Assembly (NCBI GenBank): GCA_964398345.1
Contig: CAYNNS010000004.1
Span: 1 to 29,187, forward strand
Direction: 5' to 3'
From: an uncultured Gemmatimonas sp.
GTDB lineage: Bacteria; Gemmatimonadota; Gemmatimonadetes; Gemmatimonadales; GWC2-71-9
Length of the DNA: 29,187 nt
Translations under genes and position numbers: made by a program
Shown here: positions 25,680 through 29,187 of the stretch, piece after piece
Layout of the letters: every line of letters starts with the position of its first letter
How positions within the stretch are numbered: the first letter of the stretch is position 1
Notes under the pieces: generated by a model
Told to the model about the DNA's origin: nothing
Database searches by the model: none
The model's input: only the letters and a program-made list of their open reading frames with translations

Positions 25680-26303
25680 ATGCCTAGACCGCGTGTCTGG
25701 TGGCTGCTCGGAACGGCTCTCGCCGCGCTGGTTGCATTCAGGACTCCGCACCTGAGTCTGCGGAGCTATGAGGTTCAGTTCGGGTTCGCCGGGTACAACG
25801 ATGTCACCAATACGGAAGGTTGTGAGAACGTCAACAAGCAGGGCTACGACTCCCTGACCGGCACCGTCAGGGGAATGGAGCCCGACGGCAAGTCTGATGA
25901 CGACGTGGTGTACCAGGGGGTGCTCCGGCGCACCACCAGGCTCGACACCTGCGATGCCAGGTCGAAGCCGTGCGTCACAACGCTCACCGGCGAAGCCCAG
26001 ATGACCGTGCAGTTGCAGGTCCACGGCGATGAGGGCAGGGGTGCCTGGCTCAACGCCAAAGCCGTGATGGGGTCAGTGAAGAACCTCAAGGTCGAAGGCG
26101 ATTGTGCAGCCTACGACATGGAGCAGCTTCGCAAGGGGTACCCCGGGGGTGAGAGCGGCGGATCTCCCGACGGTCAGTCCATTCCGGAGAGTGATCCGCC
26201 CAAGTTCTTCGTCGGAGGAATGGCCCGGCTCCGCGTCGGCTACTACCCGACGGAGAAGGATCACCCCGCCTGGAGTCTGCGCGTGTTGAGGCCTGTGCCA
26301 TGA
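25680..26303 (+). CDS. Exported hypothetical protein
   Basis: SD GAGGAG (25664-25669), ATG 25680, hydrophobic N-terminus VWWLLGTALAALVAF, four Cys, ATGA overlap with the next gene. Confidence 0.65.
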   Translation: MPRPRVWWLLGTALAALVAFRTPHLSLRSYEVQFGFAGYNDVTNTEGCENVNKQGYDSLTGTVRGMEPDGKSDDDVVYQGVLRRTTRLDTCDARSKPCVTTLTGEAQMTVQLQVHGDEGRGAWLNAKAVMGSVKNLKVEGDCAAYDMEQLRKGYPGGESGGSPDGQSIPESDPPKFFVGGMARLRVGYYPTEKDHPAWSLRVLRPVP

Positions 26304-27259
26304 AGCGACCGTTCGCCCGCGGGTTAGCACTGGTGGGAATAGTTGTGGCCCTCGTCGCCGCCATGCAGGCCGGGATCACTGTCACACCAGCCGGTCACGA
26401 TTACGGTGATGTCGGGTTGGGTGGGGTCGTTTACCAGGATTTTCAAATGGAGCTTCCGCCGGGGATCGCCCCGCAAGACACGGTGTACCAGCTGTCCATG
26501 ACAACCACGGGACCCGACGCGAAGGATTTTCTTCTCTACACCCCTCTCATCGACGTCCCCGTCGTTACCAGGCACGTCAACCTCATCCAGTGTCCTACGG
26601 GGCCGCGGGCTCTGGTTTGCACTGAATCTGTTCGGTTCACTCCCACACTGGTCGGCCCGAGACAGGCGACGTTGGTGGTCGCCGATAACCGCGGCAACCG
26701 ATTCACCGTTCCGCTCAGGGGAAAGGGTGTCGAGCCGGTCTGCACCAATCGCGTGGTCTTCTGCAACTACGCCCACCTCTACAGCGGGACGTTCGGCTGG
26801 AACTATTCCATCATAGGGCCCGCGTCGCAAACCAAGGTCCACGTACAGGTCACCGTCACGAACGGAGTCGCGGTCTGCAACGGCGCGGAGACCATAACGG
26901 CTAACGGGCGAGCGCAGACCGGCGCGATCACGGGGAAGGGACTCTTCGCCGTCGAATGGCTGGAGGATGCGATGTACCCATTCGTCTATCGCATCACGGC
27001 GGCTTGCCCAACCCCCGACTGGCCGGCCGATCCGGACGGATCGGCTGCCACTCCGTCCCAGCCCGCCGAATTGGGCCACAACGATATGAGCTCCGACAAA
27101 CAGTCAGATCCGTCGATAAAACCCGGAATGACTCTCGAACAGGTGGTGATTCAGCTCAACCGACTCCAGGGCACGCTCTCGTATCCCGCCCCCGAGACCG
27201 ATCAATTGAACGGGGTCAGCGGCAACGTGGTCGTCAGCTGGAACATCGTGAGGTCTTGA
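26300..27259 (+). CDS. Exported protein with N-terminal ASH/choice-of-anchor-D-like Ig domain
   Basis: Signal peptide MKRPFARGLALVGIVVALVAA; ITVTPAGHDYGDV...VRFTPT..G.R.ATLVV.DN...TVPLRGKGV matches the ASH-type Ig pattern. Confidence 0.65.
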   Translation: MKRPFARGLALVGIVVALVAAMQAGITVTPAGHDYGDVGLGGVVYQDFQMELPPGIAPQDTVYQLSMTTTGPDAKDFLLYTPLIDVPVVTRHVNLIQCPTGPRALVCTESVRFTPTLVGPRQATLVVADNRGNRFTVPLRGKGVEPVCTNRVVFCNYAHLYSGTFGWNYSIIGPASQTKVHVQVTVTNGVAVCNGAETITANGRAQTGAITGKGLFAVEWLEDAMYPFVYRITAACPTPDWPADPDGSAATPSQPAELGHNDMSSDKQSDPSIKPGMTLEQVVIQLNRLQGTLSYPAPETDQLNGVSGNVVVSWNIVRS

Positions 27260-27280
27260 GAGCCGTCGAGGTTCGGCCCG

Positions 27281-28669
27281 ATGAAACGACGCAGCTTTGT
27301 AGGGATGCTTGCCGGCGCGAGCGTCGGCCACCTTGGGCTGCGACAGCTGATCGTCGCCAGGGAGCGAGGCCTCGCGTTGTTGTTGCGAGGTGGCAAGGCC
27401 TGGCTGGATGGGCGCTGGAGCGAGACGGACATCGGCGTCGATCAGGATGGGAAGTTGCGCTTCGGCAACGAGCTCCAGGCCGGCGAGGTCATCGACATCA
27501 GCGGGAAGATCGTGAGCCCGGGCTTCATCGATGTCCTCGCCGACAATGGGCTGAGCCTTCTCGCCGCGGTCCCGGTCTTCGAGAAGTACAAGGTCGCCGA
27601 CGGCATCACCACGGCGCTGCAGATTCATGGTGGCACCGCCGACTGCGACGACTTCTACCGGCCCCTCGGCCGCATCCACCAAGCCGTGAACTATGGACCG
27701 CCCACGGTCGCCATGGTTAACTGGCATCGGGTTTCCCCTCTCTAGTAAAAGGGGGCGTTTGTTACGCGCAATCTCCACGAAGGCGCCCTCGGCGTCTCCC
27801 ACAGCCTCGAGTACCAGCCCGCACCGTTCGACGAGCTGGTGGAGTATGCCGAGCTCGCCCGGGCGTACGATCGCCCCTTCTTCCTGCACCTGCGCTATTC
27901 GTCCGCCGAGCGGGAGCTCGATGGTGTAGACGAAGCGATCAGGCTGGCCCGGGTTAGTGGCGCCAGGGTTCATCTTGCCCATCTGCACTCGACCGGGGGA
28001 ACCTTCCGAATGGAGCAGGCCCTCGAGCGGATCCAGGCGGGGATCGCGGAGGGGCTCGAGCTCACTTGCTGCGTCTACCCCTACTCGTACTGGGCGACAT
28101 ATCTCGCCTCGCTACGATTCGGCGCGGGATGGCAGCAGCGCTATGGGCTGACCTATTCAGATCTTCGCGTGGTCGGCTCCGCCGAGCGGCTGACCGCGGA
28201 GAGCTTCGCGCGCTACCGCAAGACCCGGATTCTTGTCGCGGTTCCAGAAGGCAGTATGCCGCTCGGCAAGACCTTCGATCTTGCCATTCAGCAGCCATTC
28301 TGCATGATCGCTTCGGACGGAGGAATCCGGCGCGAGCCCAGATCGAACTCGCATCCGCGTGGGGCGGCCTGCTTTGCCACGGCTCTGCGTTACGCGCTCG
28401 ATCGTGGGATCCCGCTGGAACGAATGCTGGAAAGGATGACGGCGCTTCCCGCCAGGGTGATGCGTCACGCCGTGGGAGAGCGCGGCTACCTCAAAGAGGG
28501 CGCCGTCGCCGATCTCACCGTCATCGATCCAGCAACGGTTCGGGGCAACGCCACGGTGGAGAATCCAAACCAGACTTCGTCGGGTATCGATCTCGTGCTG
28601 GTGAGCGGGAAGAAGGCTTGCTTGACGGGTCAGGTCGCCGGAAAGGCCGGAGTTCCGATCCGCTCTTAG
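27281..28669 (+). pseudogene. Amidohydrolase superfamily protein (D-aminoacylase/dihydroorotase-like) interrupted by in-frame TAG-TAA
   Basis: ORFs 27281-27745 and 27839-28669 are in the same frame, separated by TAG TAA (27743-27748). Motifs VID..GK.VSPGFID, G.TT, EGALGVSHSLEY, HLAHL, ASDG, HPRG, LERMT..PA, GA.ADL.V.DP and GID.VLV.G. Confidence 0.75.
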
Positions 28670-29187
28670 AGCCGAGGGAGCGTCACTCCGCGCTGGGCCT
28701 GGTACTTCCCCTTCTTGTCGGCGTAGCTGGTCTGGCAGACGTCGTCGTCGTCCGCCTCGAAGAACAGCACCTGACAGATGCCCTCGTTGGCGTAGATCTT
28801 GGCCGGCAGGGGAGTGGTGTTGCTGATCTCGAGGGTGACGTGGCCCTCCCACTCGGGCTCGAAGGGGGTGACGTTTGTAATTATTCCACATCGGGCGTAG
28901 GTCGATTTACCCACGCAGATCGTTAAGACGTTGCGGGGTATGCGGAAATACTCCACAGATCTTGCCAGCGCAAAGCTGTTCGGCGGCACCACGCAGACCT
29001 CGCCCTCGAACTCCACGAAGCTCTTGGCGTCGAACTCCTTGGGGTCGACGATTGCCGAAAGCGCGTTGGTGAAGATCTTGAATTCTGGCGCCACACGCAT
29101 GTCGTAGCCGTACAAGCTCACTCCATAGGAGACAACCCGCCCCCCCTGGGTGTCGACTTCCCGCACTTGGCAACCGGTAACCGGCTC
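28666..29187 (-). CDS. dcd: dCTP deaminase, 5' end outside window
   Basis: The frame is open to the window edge. Motifs [66 protein letters not shown] and KYQ.Q.GVTLP. Confidence 0.96.
   Translation of the reverse strand, partial: EPVTGCQVREVDTQGGRVVSYGVSLYGYDMRVAPEFKIFTNALSAIVDPKEFDAKSFVEFEGEVCVVPPNSFALARSVEYFRIPRNVLTICVGKSTYARCGIITNVTPFEPEWEGHVTLEISNTTPLPAKIYANEGICQVLFFEADDDDVCQTSYADKKGKYQAQRGVTLPRL

Noticed and set aside
27730-27760. Programmed recoding (pyrrolysine/read-through or frameshift at GGGTTTCCC / TAAAAGGGGG)
   Set aside because: TAG is immediately followed by TAA, both flanks are in the same frame, and the two alternative frames give no better amidohydrolase-like sequence.
12036-28669. 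Whole accessory region as a prophage or integrative element
   Set aside because: No integrase, transposase, phage structural genes, tRNA attachment site or flanking direct repeats are visible.
28741-28752. (GTC)4 trinucleotide run
   Set aside because: It simply encodes an Asp run (ADDDDVC) in Dcd.

Overview
High-GC bacterial chromosomal window, probably Gemmatimonadota (inferred from gene style: BTAD-TM-TPR regulator, Ig+RCC1 lipoprotein, LQERVDFTERLL-type small protein). The left part is mostly housekeeping: gap(3' end)-pgk-tpiA, a NIPSNAP/ArsR/NTF2-like accessory block, secG-carA, HU/IHF, moaD-moaE-moaA, trmL, an Ig+RCC1 lipoprotein and mdh. The right part is accessory. It has a SLOG + 4-TM (SLATT/DUF4231-like) candidate nucleotide-sensing membrane effector (12063-13958) and a membrane-anchored SARP/BTAD-TPR regulator (13959-16829, minus strand) with a TTTGATA-N4-TTTGATA direct repeat at its 5' end. 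Divergent from that regulator is an ~11.8 kb run of 10 co-directional, mostly exported proteins (16884-28669). Four of them are built from shuffled shared beta-sandwich modules carrying vicinal Cys-Cys motifs, and the run also holds a phosphodiester glycosidase and an amidohydrolase broken by an in-frame TAG-TAA. The window ends in a 5'-truncated dcd. I found no rRNA, tRNA, CRISPR array or transposase. All family calls come from motif recognition by eye; no database search was run.
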